Source: Epithemia pelagica (lineage: Eukaryota > Protista > Bacillariophyta). Taken from it: a stretch of DNA of 64,000 bases. The translations under genes and the position numbers were made by a program. The notes below the pieces were generated by a model. The model saw only the letters and a program-made list of their open reading frames with translations, had not been told where the DNA came from and ran no database searches. Where the stretch lies: contig OX337231.1 in NCBI GenBank assembly GCA_946965045.2, positions 2,480,001 to 2,544,000 on the forward strand, written 5' to 3'. The stretch's first letter is position 1; each line of letters starts with the position of its first letter. Shown here one piece after another: positions 1-11,081 of this stretch.

Positions 1-948
1 TCCAAGATGAGCAGCATTGCTGACACCATTCAAGAGGAAACTATACAAGACCACAACTCCCATTCCAAAAAGGGCCCTGTAGGAAGGACCTGCTTTACCC
101 ATTTTGGCCAGTGATACCCACATGAGACCGTACAGTCCGCATATACCAGGGCTCGCTCCAAGCAAGATGGGTTCTGATCCAGTGGAAGCCCATGCCGAGT
201 GACCGAGGCCTCCAGCAACTGTTGACACCAGAAATGTTGTCAAGTAAAGAGGTCCTCCGAGACCAGTCTCGAGCCAACCTGGCTGTCTTCGGAGTTCATT
301 CATATTCAGCAGCAGATGAAAAATACCTCGATGAAGAAGTCCGTGCGTGATGTATCGATGGGGTTGGATCTTTGCCAATCTATGGTGATAGCAAAAGTCG
401 CGTTCAAAAGGACCTGGTGAAGCATTGGCCAACAACAGGTCCCACAACATGTAAGGTGCACTTTGAGGCCAATGAGTTGGATATTGTTTGACAATGTATC
501 GCAGTGTATCGAGTGCTTGATACAAAGACACGAGGACACAGGAAATAATAATCATGCTCCGAACGGGGTGCCCCCCTCCACCTGGAGCAATAGATCGACG
601 TAATCGTCTTTGAAGTCTTGACCAATACCTCAAATCGTCTCCATCCCAAGATATATTTCGATTTGACGAGAGCTTTGAAGATCTGCTTCTGTTTTCATCG
701 GTTTCTCCATTTCTCGCATTTTGGCTGTTGATGGCACTCCCATGCCAAAGGCCCAAGTTTGGGTGATGCAGTGGTAAACCCTTTGAAAGAGATGCTGGTC
801 TTCGGTGGTTCAGAACCAACTTTGCCGGTGCCAGTGCCAAGGCAACCGAAAAATTGGGCAAGCACGGTACAAGATATACCGATGCCGTCAGAAATACAAT
901 CTGTACGAGTCGGAAGGCACTTCGCTCCATCATGACAAGTTGTCTCAT
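1..948 (-). CDS. Rhomboid-family intramembrane serine protease (3' end runs off window start)
   Basis: Manual translation from ATG 948 is open to base 1: signal-like N-terminus, HRGIFHLLLNM (TM2), LETGLGG, LGASPG (catalytic Ser motif), SNAAHLG (catalytic His). Missing from the ORF track because no stop lies in the window. Confidence 0.8.
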   Translation of the reverse strand, partial: MRQLVMMERSAFRLVQIVFLTASVYLVPCLPNFSVALALAPAKLVLNHRRPASLSKGLPLHHPNLGLWHGSAINSQNARNGETDENRSRSSKLSSNRNISWDGDDLRYWSRLQRRLRRSIAPGGGGHPVRSMIIISCVLVSLYQALDTLRYIVKQYPTHWPQSAPYMLWDLLLANASPGPFERDFCYHHRLAKIQPHRYITHGLLHRGIFHLLLNMNELRRQPGWLETGLGGPLYLTTFLVSTVAGGLGHSAWASTGSEPILLGASPGICGLYGLMWVSLAKMGKAGPSYRALFGMGVVVLYSFLLNGVSNAAHLG

Positions 949-1237
949 GGATGGAGAGACGCGAAACCATCAACACAAAAAAGGTATCAAACAGAAATCG
1001 ACAGAAAACACGTATGTCTCTCTTGTAGTCAAACTCTCCAGAATGATGGGATGTAGTATGTTTCGTGATTTATGATTAGTAGAAGCACGACGCTCTAGCG
1101 CTCTTCAAATTAATGAGTGAGGTGGTAGTGCGTGGTATGATTATGGAGGGAGTTCTTGCCTCCACTGAGTCGATCATTATCATCTCAATGGCATGTTCTT
1201 TGGTTGTGATTAAACAAAGAGGTCACATTTGGATATC

Positions 1238-2671
1238 ATGACAATGTTCGGGGTTCTGGTACTTTTAGTATGGCTTCAAGTCTCACTGCACTCGTTGGCC
1301 TTTACGCCATCGCCGACGACTACGCGGAGCCTTGCCCGGTCGATACACGTCGTGTCGAAAAACGACGAACAGTGGTTTCTGGTTCGTTCAAGTCGATTGG
1401 CTGCCACTTCCAGTGACGACGAGGACGAAGACGATGATGAAGATGAGGACGATGATGAAGATGAAGCGAACCCTCTCAGCAGTGGTGTGTCTTCAGTTTC
1501 TTGGTTGCCTACCGTTGTCGGTGCCAAAGATATTGAAAATCCGCAAATCTCGAAAGCGGAATCCGAATTTCTCCCAATGTTTCCTTTGGGAGGTATTGTT
1601 TACACACCAAACTCCGAACATATATTGAATATTTTTGAACCTCGCTATCGACAAATGTACAGTGATATTCTCATGAATGGAACAAAGCGGTTCGTGGTAG
1701 CCATGTCTCACCCATCGGAATCGGGAAGATTTGCCAAAATGGGTGTTTTGTTTGAATTGGAAGATTTAAAAGAGGTGTCTGAACAAACTCGTGATCAGAT
1801 CAAGTATGTTTGCAATCACAAAGTCACAGGACGCGTCGAGATTCACCGCATTCTCAATCCGTCCGCATGGGAAAGCCGTGAGACCTATTTGCGAGTGGAG
1901 GGAACAATTACCGATGACAGTGGCAAAGAGGAAAAGAATGAAGAGTCTTCATCTTCGCCTGGATCATTCCTCACCAACCCCTTTGCCTCGAAAGGCGATT
2001 CAACTGCCAAGCTGGAACAAGCTCTTCGAGATACCTTTTCCGATCTTGTGGAGACTCAACACGAAATGGAAGAAGACATTCGTTTTACACGTGCATCTGT
2101 GGCCACACTAGCTGTGAAGGATGGTCCAGGACCCAACGGGCTCTGGCAGACCATAAAACTATGGCAGACCTTTGCCGATCAGCGCCTCATGGGGCGGCAA
2201 CATGAATTGCAAAAAGAGTTTCAGGAACGCTTACAGGCCTATCTGAAAAAGCAGCGCGGTCTTGAAGAAGACGAACTTCCGAGTGCTGTGGGTTTCAACG
2301 AACTCTCTAGAGACTTGCAAGAAGAAGTGAAAGAGCTACAACAACGGATGGCAGTGGAACTGCAACCGCTTCTACTAGAGTCTACCCTCACAATGCAAAA
2401 AATATTGGAGGCATCAAAACATGAGGAACGACTGAAGCTACTGCGGTGTTTCATACAAGCAGAAACGAAGCGACTCAACACAAAGAGAACATTACAGGGT
2501 ATGTTCTCAGCTACATCGTCTGAAAGTCTGTCCAGTGGAAGCGAGAATACAAGTGCCGATCTCTTTCCGAAAGAAGAGCGAGTGGACGAACCCGTCGTGA
2601 AAGAGCCAAAGACGCCACCACCTTCTGCTCCATCGTCAATCTTTGTGGACGAAGAAGACGCATTTCAGTAA
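1238..2671 (+). CDS. LON peptidase N-terminal (PUA-like) domain protein, plastid-targeted
   Basis: LPMFPLGGIVYTPNSEHILNIFEPRYRQM is a LON-N motif; signal peptide ending SLA-FTP matches the diatom ASAFAP-type bipartite plastid signal; first ATG at 1238. Confidence 0.75.
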   Translation: MTMFGVLVLLVWLQVSLHSLAFTPSPTTTRSLARSIHVVSKNDEQWFLVRSSRLAATSSDDEDEDDDEDEDDDEDEANPLSSGVSSVSWLPTVVGAKDIENPQISKAESEFLPMFPLGGIVYTPNSEHILNIFEPRYRQMYSDILMNGTKRFVVAMSHPSESGRFAKMGVLFELEDLKEVSEQTRDQIKYVCNHKVTGRVEIHRILNPSAWESRETYLRVEGTITDDSGKEEKNEESSSSPGSFLTNPFASKGDSTAKLEQALRDTFSDLVETQHEMEEDIRFTRASVATLAVKDGPGPNGLWQTIKLWQTFADQRLMGRQHELQKEFQERLQAYLKKQRGLEEDELPSAVGFNELSRDLQEEVKELQQRMAVELQPLLLESTLTMQKILEASKHEERLKLLRCFIQAETKRLNTKRTLQGMFSATSSESLSSGSENTSADLFPKEERVDEPVVKEPKTPPPSAPSSIFVDEEDAFQ

Positions 2672-2892
2672 AAAGCCATGTTATCAATGAACTTTTCAAA
2701 CATAACTACTTCGATTAGGTGTTGGGAGTTGGGGTATCAACATTTTCTGTGCGCTACCCATTGCGAGAGAGAACATAGCCAAAAACCGCGACTGTATTAG
2801 TGGTCGCCTTTTGGTCTCTCTAATATGAGGCTATGAGGCATTTTCCTCGGGCCATACACTCATCCGTTTTTCGTCTGGAGAAATTTTTGACC

Positions 2893-5460
2893 ATGCCGAA
2901 ACAGACCATGGACCAACGACGAAAGCGGTCACCGCCAAAGCGCATTCAAGAGTATAACTCTGATGAGGACGAGGATGAGGAAATTGATGAAGATGAAGCT
3001 TTCAATTCAGATGACGAGAGAAAGTACGGCAGCTTCTTCAACAAGGAAACCAGTGACGGCGAAGACGACGAAGACGGTGATTCTGGTGGAGAAAGTGGGT
3101 CAGACTCAGGTGATGATGAAGATGATTCTGGAGATGATGACGATGAAGATGATTCTGACGATGGCGAAGGTGGGGAAAATATGATCAATCTGCTTGACCG
3201 TCTTTCTTCAAAATCACCCGATGAAGCAAATGGATCGAAGGAGGACGATTCTCGTACTCGGAAATTGGCAGCCAATGTGAAAGAATCTGAATTTTCGGCT
3301 TCTGTATTGAAGTCAACTGGTCTCACTTTAGAGGATCTGATGGATGGTATTAAGGATACGAAAGGTTATGGTGCATTGGCCAAGACCATGAAGCACGTGG
3401 CAACCGGAAAAGCAGAAACTGCATCCTTGCCCCGTGTCGTTCAGGAAAGACTCGAACGAAAAGTACACTATGATTCTCAAGCAAAAAAGATATCTGGCTG
3501 GACACATGTGGTTCAGGAGAATCGACAGGCAGACACACTTGACTTTCGTCCACAGGAGAACCTTAGTTTGACTAAAGATATGATGGTGGAAAGTTTTAAA
3601 CCCACAACTGATTTTGAGAAAGAACTCGATGCTGCCCTGGTGGCTGCTGGACAAAAGGACGAAGAAGCAATCTTGAAAGCAGAAGAAAAGGCCCTAGCTG
3701 ACGACCTGGACGCGAATGTAATTACCTTGGAGGAGTACAAGAAGCGCCGAGGTCAGTTGGCAAAAATGAGAGCACTCATGTTCTATCACGAACAAAAGAG
3801 ACACCACATTAACAAAATCAAATCAAAGAAGTATCGACGTATTCGTAAGCGGCAGCGTGAACGTTTGAAGGAGGCCGAGGCCGGCGAGGACCCCGATGCT
3901 GCAGCAGAAATGAAAGAGAAGGAAGAAGTTGAACGAATCAAAGAACGAATGACCTTGGCTCACAAGAACACCAGTAAATGGGCCAAGCGGGTGTTGAAAC
4001 GTGGAAAGAATGTTGACCTGGACACTAGACGTGCTTTGTCAGCGCAACTGAAGAAAGGCGATGATTTGCGACAGAAGATGACGGCTGGCGACGAAGAGGA
4101 TGATTCCGATGAAGACTTGGTGACGACCGCTCAAAAAGTGTTGCAAGACGTTGAGGAGGGAGATGGTGCTGAGGATGCCGTGAAAGGAAAGGGATTATTC
4201 AAGCTTGCGTTCATGCAACGTGGAATCGAGAAAGAGCGACAGCGTGCCAAGGAAGAGGCCCGTGCATTGTTGCGAGAATTGGAGGCCGATAAACAGGAGG
4301 AAGAAGAGTTTGCTCTAACAGATGGCGAAGGAGACGCCAAACAGACGTCCAAAAAGAATCTCCGTGCTGCCTCAAAAGAGGAAATGAAGAATGTGTTGAA
4401 GGAAGGAGAATTGGTTGCGTCCGGTTTGGCATTTGGGAATTCAACTTCATTGACAGTGTCGGGTATTATTCCAGTGGGGGGAGAACCAGGCCAAGAACAG
4501 AAGGCAAGTACTCCTTTTGTAAGTGAACATCATGCCTCTGTGGATGGGGCCAAGACAGAAGCAACGAAAGATGAGGTAAAGCCTGCTGCATCGTCTACGA
4601 AACCACGTACCAAGGCGACACCCATCGTTCCTTCAAACGAGCGCGACGAATCCAATCCCTGGATGGTGGATGAAAATGGACAAACAAGAGGGTCCCAGCC
4701 CAAGAAAAAAAGACAAAGAGTGATGGTAGATGTCGATCGTGCTGCAGGGTTGTTGGATGCTGCCAAAGTCAATGAATCGGCGGATGCGAATGAGACAAAA
4801 CAACCTCACGCGCAAAGTAATTCCGCCGGTCCTACTTCATCTGTGTCACCAAAGAATGCTGAGAACAGCAACACAGAATCCAAGGACCTTACAGCACTTT
4901 CACAAGACGAACTGGTCCGACGTGCGTTTGCAATGGATACCGATCATGCAGAACAAGAATTCGCCAAGGAAAAGGAACGAGTACGGGAAGAAGAGGAGGG
5001 TGATCCGGCGCGCAAGACGAAGGGTCCGAAACAGGATGGAGATACCGTGGCGGCGGGTTGGGGATCGTGGACTGGAATGGGGGCACCAGCAGCCTTTCCA
5101 GCCGGCAAGAACAAGAACAAGAAGCGCAAGTTTCCTGCCAAACTACAACCACCTCCCATGAAACAAATGGAAGAATCGCGTCCACGACAAGACAAGGGTC
5201 GTCCCGATTTGATTGTTCGAGAACGACGGTTGAAACAATTATCGAATACGCACATGTTGCAAGAAATCCCTCATCCGTACACATCACGGGAAGAATACGA
5301 ACAAGCCATGACGGGTGCCATTGGAACGGAATGGAATGTTCACACATCCTTTCAAAAACTGACTCGTCCTGCCATTCAAACCAGAGCCGGCAAACTGATT
5401 CAACCCATTGCGCTCTCAGCCAAGAAACGTGGATTGCCTCGACCGGCAGCCAAATTTTGA
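2893..5460 (+). CDS. UTP14: U3 snoRNA-associated protein 14 (SSU processome)
   Basis: HINKIKSKKYRRI, ERMTLAHKNTSKWAK, GWGSWTG, PHPYTSREEYE..IGTEWN motifs; acidic N-terminus. Start chosen at MPKQ (2893); upstream ATG 2833 also possible. Confidence 0.85.
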   Translation: MPKQTMDQRRKRSPPKRIQEYNSDEDEDEEIDEDEAFNSDDERKYGSFFNKETSDGEDDEDGDSGGESGSDSGDDEDDSGDDDDEDDSDDGEGGENMINLLDRLSSKSPDEANGSKEDDSRTRKLAANVKESEFSASVLKSTGLTLEDLMDGIKDTKGYGALAKTMKHVATGKAETASLPRVVQERLERKVHYDSQAKKISGWTHVVQENRQADTLDFRPQENLSLTKDMMVESFKPTTDFEKELDAALVAAGQKDEEAILKAEEKALADDLDANVITLEEYKKRRGQLAKMRALMFYHEQKRHHINKIKSKKYRRIRKRQRERLKEAEAGEDPDAAAEMKEKEEVERIKERMTLAHKNTSKWAKRVLKRGKNVDLDTRRALSAQLKKGDDLRQKMTAGDEEDDSDEDLVTTAQKVLQDVEEGDGAEDAVKGKGLFKLAFMQRGIEKERQRAKEEARALLRELEADKQEEEEFALTDGEGDAKQTSKKNLRAASKEEMKNVLKEGELVASGLAFGNSTSLTVSGIIPVGGEPGQEQKASTPFVSEHHASVDGAKTEATKDEVKPAASSTKPRTKATPIVPSNERDESNPWMVDENGQTRGSQPKKKRQRVMVDVDRAAGLLDAAKVNESADANETKQPHAQSNSAGPTSSVSPKNAENSNTESKDLTALSQDELVRRAFAMDTDHAEQEFAKEKERVREEEEGDPARKTKGPKQDGDTVAAGWGSWTGMGAPAAFPAGKNKNKKRKFPAKLQPPPMKQMEESRPRQDKGRPDLIVRERRLKQLSNTHMLQEIPHPYTSREEYEQAMTGAIGTEWNVHTSFQKLTRPAIQTRAGKLIQPIALSAKKRGLPRPAAKF

Positions 5461-5572
5461 ACAGACAAGGCACTAATTTTAGAGAGGTTGTACTAATCTA
5501 TAGTTGAGTAGTCGTGGTAGACCAACATGTAAGGACAAAGCGGCGAGCAAATGAGGAAAAGGAAAAGAGTCA

Positions 5573-6442
5573 TTAATTCTTATCACGAGCTCTCTTGATC
5601 AAGGGTGCAAGGATGACAATCAGAATGACGAGGACAATTCCTCCGAGCAGAAGAGTCATTTTAAGATTCTTCCATGCCATTTGCTTTCTCAAGTCAGTCG
5701 ATTTCTTCTTGAAGACGGATGCTTGTTCGTTCAATTGATCTGACTTTTCAGCCAAATCTTCCGCCTTTTCGGTATTCTTGAGCATATCGGAAATGTTGGT
5801 TTGCATTTGACTCTTGACGACATCGACCTTGTTGATGAGGGAGGCCGCCTTGTCGACATTGTCAAGATCGTCGTATTTCTTGCAGGCATCGGCCATGATG
5901 GTCTTGGCCTTGCGCGAGAGGCCATTTTCGGGAGCTTGTGCCACTTCGCCTCCCACCTTGGCCATAAAGTCGCCGTACAATTCTTGCAGCATTTGAATGG
6001 CCACTCGCGATGGGTAATTGAGACCCGTAATCACGGCCAAACCTGTACGCATCGGGTAACAAAAAACATGCGCATGCAATATGAGACATGAGAGAATTGT
6101 GGGGGCCATGGCGACAACAACACAGCAACTTGGAACCACTGGCTACTTACAAATTCCATCACTATCGGCACCGTACACCACTTGATGTTGATCGGACTGA
6201 ACGACCTTGAATCCCCCCAAGGTTCCTTGTTCGGCCAAACCACCCGGTGGGTCATTGGAGACGACGGCAGCCACTGCGTCGGAATAGGATTTGTCGCGGC
6301 CTCCGTACAAGGTGGTTTCATCGGCCGAAGCACCACCGTGGGATTCGTATTGACTGGCATGATCATACTTGGCCAACAAGACCGTCGATCCAGATTCCAA
6401 TCGCAAGGCCAAGGCACAACGAAGTTTTTGATCCGAGCTCAT
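5573..6442 (-). CDS. Longin-domain R-SNARE (VAMP7-like); exons 6442-6151 and 6042-5573
   Basis: Intron 6150-6043 (GTAAGT...TACAG) joins DGIC-LAVITG in frame; longin N-terminus, synaptobrevin coil (VDVVKSQMQTNISDML...AWKN), C-terminal TM helix. Confidence 0.85.
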
Positions 6443-7598
6443 TGTTTTTAGCAATTTGAAATGTGTTGTTGGAAGAGTTTGTGGTTATGAATGTCGTAGC
6501 AAGACAGGTACAGTTCAAAGCGAAGCAAACAAGGTTTGTGTTGGCAATGCTTCTTACGAGAAAACGATTCGTAGTTGTTGTAATACAAAATAGAAAAGTC
6601 TGTGGCTGTGATCGACGTCGCTCCTGGCTGGGCACACAAGAAAGGTTGCGCAATGGGAGAGACACGATCTAACCCGCGAAAAGACCGCAGGTGGTTGTAT
6701 CCACGAAAGAAGTGTCGTGAAACGAAGCGAAGCCACTCCCCCAAATCCAAATCTTGTGGTGGGCATGGTGCTCGGCGGGAACAACGCAATGACTCCAAAG
6801 ATCTACAAATTTTGAGCGTTAATGATATGTTATATATGAGAGTTTTGTGTGGAATGTTGAGTGTGGAGTATGGGGAGTAGTTTTCCAGGGCGACGGGCGA
6901 GCGCGAGCCGGGCTTTCACGAACCTCTGCAGGTAGTCGCCCTAGCCCCCTAGCATCCCCTCGCAGAAAATGGGGGGGCCCAAGGCAGAAGAGAGAAGGGG
7001 AGGGGGAGGAGAGGAAGAAGAAGGGGAGGAAAAAGGGGAGAGTTTTGGCAGCTGGATTCCATCGTTCTGGTTCGATCGTTTCATTCGCATTTTCGAGGAT
7101 TGTTGTGACATGTCGTAACATCACCTTTCATGTCCTCAGAGGGGGATCAGGCAGGTAAGTACGTGGAAGCATTTTTCCCCTTACAAGACCGGTAGCAACA
7201 TTCTGTCTTTATTGGCCTCTCACCTTTAATTGTCTGTCGTTCAACAGGTTTGACTTGACACCCGAATTCCGCAAGAGCCTTGTCACTTTCCGGGTGCCCT
7301 TTCCATGTGCTACGGTGGCTAGAGAAGATATGGATGTCTCATAAATTCTGTTTTTCGTATTTTTGTTACTAACTATCTTGTCGTGCTTGTTGTGTTCTTG
7401 GTCATTCAGGTATTCAGGTTGTTGGTCGATTCATGTTTTAAGTTCTTGTAATTGGAGCGATGATGGGGCATGCAGTGGTGGTAATGAAGGTGGTTTTTGG
7501 GTGGGTGGATTGGTTGTGATGGCTGGATGGCATCGCCATGTCTTTCGGTGTGCCATTGGATCTTCCTTCCTGTCGTCTCGACAAATGGACAGCCCGGA

Positions 7599-10500
7599 TC
7601 AATCGAAGCCTCGGAAATTCCGCTTTGGACAGTCTTTGCTGTGTGGTGGTCGTCCCCTCTTGCCACTGTCGTAGTATTCTTTGTGCTTCACGCAACAAAA
7701 CTGGATTTGAGTTCGTGGCGATGGACGATGAGGATAGCCGAACGGATGGCACGGGTACAAAGCTGGATGGAGTGGTGGTGGCGGCAACAGGTTGGAGTAC
7801 TTGGCCATGGCAACAGGGAGTCCAAAGAATGGTGGACGATTGCATTGCTGTGCTGGTGGTGCATGGTGATTTGTTGTTTGTTTTGTTTGTTGCGTGTTGC
7901 TCTGCTGTGTCGCCGTATGCAACTGGGCCTGTTCTCGTGACAAAGAAGGTAAGCTTACCACTTCCCTTGTTGCATTTCCTGGTGTAGCTTCCATCTCACC
8001 AGTTTCTGTCTCATTCGTTTGCTGCTCTATGCGTTGCTTTTTGGATGGATTGTTGGATTCTGTTGTTGTGTTGTTGCCGGCTTTTCGTTTGTTTGCGTCC
8101 TTCGCAACCGGAACCGACTGTTCTGGTGCTACATCACCGCAACAACTGATGCTGTTGTCTATTTCTTCGGATATTTCTTCGATTTGGACGGTGCTCTTGG
8201 GTTGTTTCCGTCCTCTTTGGGGAAAATACGGATTCAAATAAATCTCGGCCATGGTTGGTGATGAAGCAGACACAACAACAGACGAGGAGGAAGCTGACGA
8301 AGCAAAGGGTGGAATGGAGCTGTCATGGGGCAATCTCTTGGCATTGCCCTGACACAACGAACACTGACAGCGATCATTGAGCGGATGCTTTGGCACGGTT
8401 TTGTCTCTTTCCATTTGTTGCTTGAGGTAAGTAGACAAAAATCGTTCTCCGTTGTCCTCTGGGATTTGTTCTACGTTGGCGAATGGCCCACTAACACCAG
8501 TTGCCCTTGCCATTTTGTTTATAAATTCGAGTTGCAAGTGGTTGTCAAACGGCGCAACCGACTCCCATCCAGCTGGGATTTGCGCTCGCTCTGTTGGATC
8601 CATATCCAACAGAGCGAGCTTGTGTCGAATGGTACGATTGTACCTGGCAGTTCCGCACAAATTTAGTGCATCTGCCAATGACTCGCGCATCCCACAGTTC
8701 CCAAAATGAGCAAGGTTGTCGTGAAACGACTCCAACTTGCTCTCGCCACGGTAAGCACGAAACTCAGTGAGACCATGTTTTGCATTGCGATTCGGTGGCA
8801 ACTCACAATACATCTCTTCGATTGGTTTTGGGTCGGCCAAAAACTGAGCCTTCTCTTTGCAATTCACCAGGGCATCGTGTGTTTCTGGAGTGAAGAGAGT
8901 CTGGCCCGACTTTGGGTCAAGACGGCCACGAGCAGCTGGTTGTCCATCTGAGGCGGTGACTTTGTACCTCACCTTGAATTCGTCGAGTTTCCCTTTGATG
9001 ACTTCGGCCGAACGAATCCTTTTTCGTATGTATTTGTTGTATCGTTGAGCAAAGACTTTCGTTGCTCTCATCTCACAAATCTCTTCTTCTGTGTATTCCT
9101 TTCCCAACAATCCGGTCTTGAGGGCATGGATGACTTTCTGAAGGTCTTCATCGTGCTCTTCATAGATGCAAGCCTTCAAATCACGAAGTGCTTGCCCATG
9201 GTCGCAATGACGCTGTCGAAGCGTCTTTGTAATTCGCTGCAAAAAATGAAATAACCCCAACCTGCCAATCAACCGTGCTCCGAGTATCAGTTCCCAAAAG
9301 TCATCCTTGTGGGGCCAGGTATCGGAATACATAATTACGGGAGAAAACCCGATACGACGCGACAATTGCTCTGCTGCATGGGCAATCTCTTGCAGCTTTG
9401 TTGATTGCACCAAGACAAGACAGGCAATCTCGCCTGTCTCGGTGCAAACATCCCACAGGACCTTTGCCTTGCAACTGGAAAGGTAGTTCTTGACCACCTC
9501 CCAGGTGTGGTCCTGAGCAAACGATAATCTACACTTCACCATTTGTATTTCTCGCTGGTGTCGGTCAACATCGGATACTCCCCACCACACAGAGTCTGAG
9601 TAAGCACCCTGCTCGTATATCTGACGAAGGGTGTCCGCTTGAGGGGGATAAGACACGAGCCATTCGCCATCCTTCTTTGGATAAGGTTGGTCACTTGCTT
9701 GGTCTGTCGCTAGGAGCTCCGAGTAGAATCTCATAGTTTTGTCCATATAGCACTGGTTGATTGATTCATAGAGATATTCTGCACATAGAATTGCATTCCC
9801 ATGAGTCACCATGAGCCGCTCCATGAGTCTCGTCGCGTCAGTCTTGAGGTGCGAGTTGCCGACCGCATATTTCGGGTCGACTGGGTACGCCATGGCCATG
9901 TGGGGAGGAAGTTTCGCGAGAAATTGCGATTCGTTGCCTTGGTGATTGGCACCACATACCGAGCACTTATAGTGCATCACGATCGCGTAGCTTGGGGGAC
10001 CATTTATTCCGAATTGGGGGAAAAGCGACTTGTTCTTGGAGAAATTAGTCCGCGTCCGCTGGAGATTACCTCCACATGTAGGACAAAACAGTACTTGGTT
10101 TGGAAAAAAGAGTTCCCAATCTACTACATAGAGTTTCTGTCCCACAAACGAGTCGTACAAAGGACACGTGTTCCCAGAGCAAGCCGGTACACAAAACTCC
10201 ATACCTTCGAAAAAAGCTTCTAGAGCCGTTGTACTCCGCTTTGAACGAAGGCACGTGTCCTGAATAAGTGACGCGAGAGCCCGCATGGTCTTGGGAGCAA
10301 TCGAACTCGCCTCAACCAGCATGTTTGTCCTATGTAGAATTTCTGTTTTGAAATTTTCGACCGACATGCGTGCACTCGTTGGTATGTGACTGTCACATGT
10401 TTTCCCAACCTTCCTTTCTACTGGCTTTTTCTTCGTCGCCAACGACTCCAACGTGAGCTTGCCCGTTGTCTTCACTTGTTTCGTCGTGTTGTTGCGAACA

Positions 10501-11081
10501 GAAAAAAAGGCACCCAGTGCCTCCTCACTGACATTGCCTGGGGTGAGTTGTTCTGTGCCATTCATTGGCCTATTGTTGTTCTTCTTGTGTTGTTTTGCTG
10601 CTTTGTCGAGCAGTCGTTGGATCTGGCCCTTCTCCTGTGTCTTTGCCTTGCCCTTTGTTGTTTTGTTGAGTGGACAGAGCATGTGGTGGGCTCTGTGTGG
10701 CTTGTTTTGTCCATTGTGGACAGCCCTGCAGACATAACAGTCTATGTGGGGCTCAAACTCCACTACTCCTGTCATGGTTTGGTTGCCCGAGCGTCGCTGC
10801 CCCTGTGGCACTGGCAAGCGACTGTAAATGTTCCCTCGTCGTTGGGATTGGGGGCCCATTGCCGCCCTTGCTGCAGCCTGTTGAGCAGCCCAAGATTGTG
10901 TTGTTTGGTGTGACCTACTAACCATCTTTTCTATTACGTTTTCTACAGGTGTGTCATCGACGAGATGAGATGAGATGGCCAGAAAAGTGGCCAATGTCTC
11001 ATTGTCGTCTTTCCGAGATGAGACTTGGCGGCCGCGACCGACCGGATCGGCACTTGGAATCTCACTTGGTGAGATTTTCAA
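7599..11081 (-). CDS. DDE transposase, Dada-like (IS256/MuDR-related clade)
   Basis: 1160-aa open frame: CxxC motifs, AQDHT (D), ETGEIA, MYSDTWP (D), RLGLFHFLQR (DxxH-like), YRGESKLESFH (E). Pattern recalled from Dada-type transposases. Start uncertain (TTG 11081, first ATG 10925); element ends not found. Confidence 0.62.
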   Translation of the reverse strand: MKISPSEIPSADPVGRGRQVSSRKDDNETLATFLAISSHLVDDTPVENVIEKMVSRSHQTTQSWAAQQAAARAAMGPQSQRRGNIYSRLPVPQGQRRSGNQTMTGVVEFEPHIDCYVCRAVHNGQNKPHRAHHMLCPLNKTTKGKAKTQEKGQIQRLLDKAAKQHKKNNNRPMNGTEQLTPGNVSEEALGAFFSVRNNTTKQVKTTGKLTLESLATKKKPVERKVGKTCDSHIPTSARMSVENFKTEILHRTNMLVEASSIAPKTMRALASLIQDTCLRSKRSTTALEAFFEGMEFCVPACSGNTCPLYDSFVGQKLYVVDWELFFPNQVLFCPTCGGNLQRTRTNFSKNKSLFPQFGINGPPSYAIVMHYKCSVCGANHQGNESQFLAKLPPHMAMAYPVDPKYAVGNSHLKTDATRLMERLMVTHGNAILCAEYLYESINQCYMDKTMRFYSELLATDQASDQPYPKKDGEWLVSYPPQADTLRQIYEQGAYSDSVWWGVSDVDRHQREIQMVKCRLSFAQDHTWEVVKNYLSSCKAKVLWDVCTETGEIACLVLVQSTKLQEIAHAAEQLSRRIGFSPVIMYSDTWPHKDDFWELILGARLIGRLGLFHFLQRITKTLRQRHCDHGQALRDLKACIYEEHDEDLQKVIHALKTGLLGKEYTEEEICEMRATKVFAQRYNKYIRKRIRSAEVIKGKLDEFKVRYKVTASDGQPAARGRLDPKSGQTLFTPETHDALVNCKEKAQFLADPKPIEEMYCELPPNRNAKHGLTEFRAYRGESKLESFHDNLAHFGNCGMRESLADALNLCGTARYNRTIRHKLALLDMDPTERAQIPAGWESVAPFDNHLQLEFINKMARATGVSGPFANVEQIPEDNGERFLSTYLKQQMERDKTVPKHPLNDRCQCSLCQGNAKRLPHDSSIPPFASSASSSSVVVSASSPTMAEIYLNPYFPQRGRKQPKSTVQIEEISEEIDNSISCCGDVAPEQSVPVAKDANKRKAGNNTTTESNNPSKKQRIEQQTNETETGEMEATPGNATREVVSLPSLSREQAQLHTATQQSNTQQTKQTTNHHAPPAQQCNRPPFFGLPVAMAKYSNLLPPPPLHPALYPCHPFGYPHRPSPRTQIQFCCVKHKEYYDSGKRGRPPHSKDCPKRNFRGFD

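Noticed and set aside
2946-5507. Numerous 60-190-aa ORFs overlapping UTP14 and other long genes
   Set aside because: Shadow frames of real coding sequence with no independent motifs.
7000-7162. Minus-strand TACTTACCTG resembling the U1 snRNA 5' end next to a Dada-like element
   Set aside because: No U1 stem-loop I/II loop motifs, Sm site or SL4 follow; better explained as a plus-strand splice donor.
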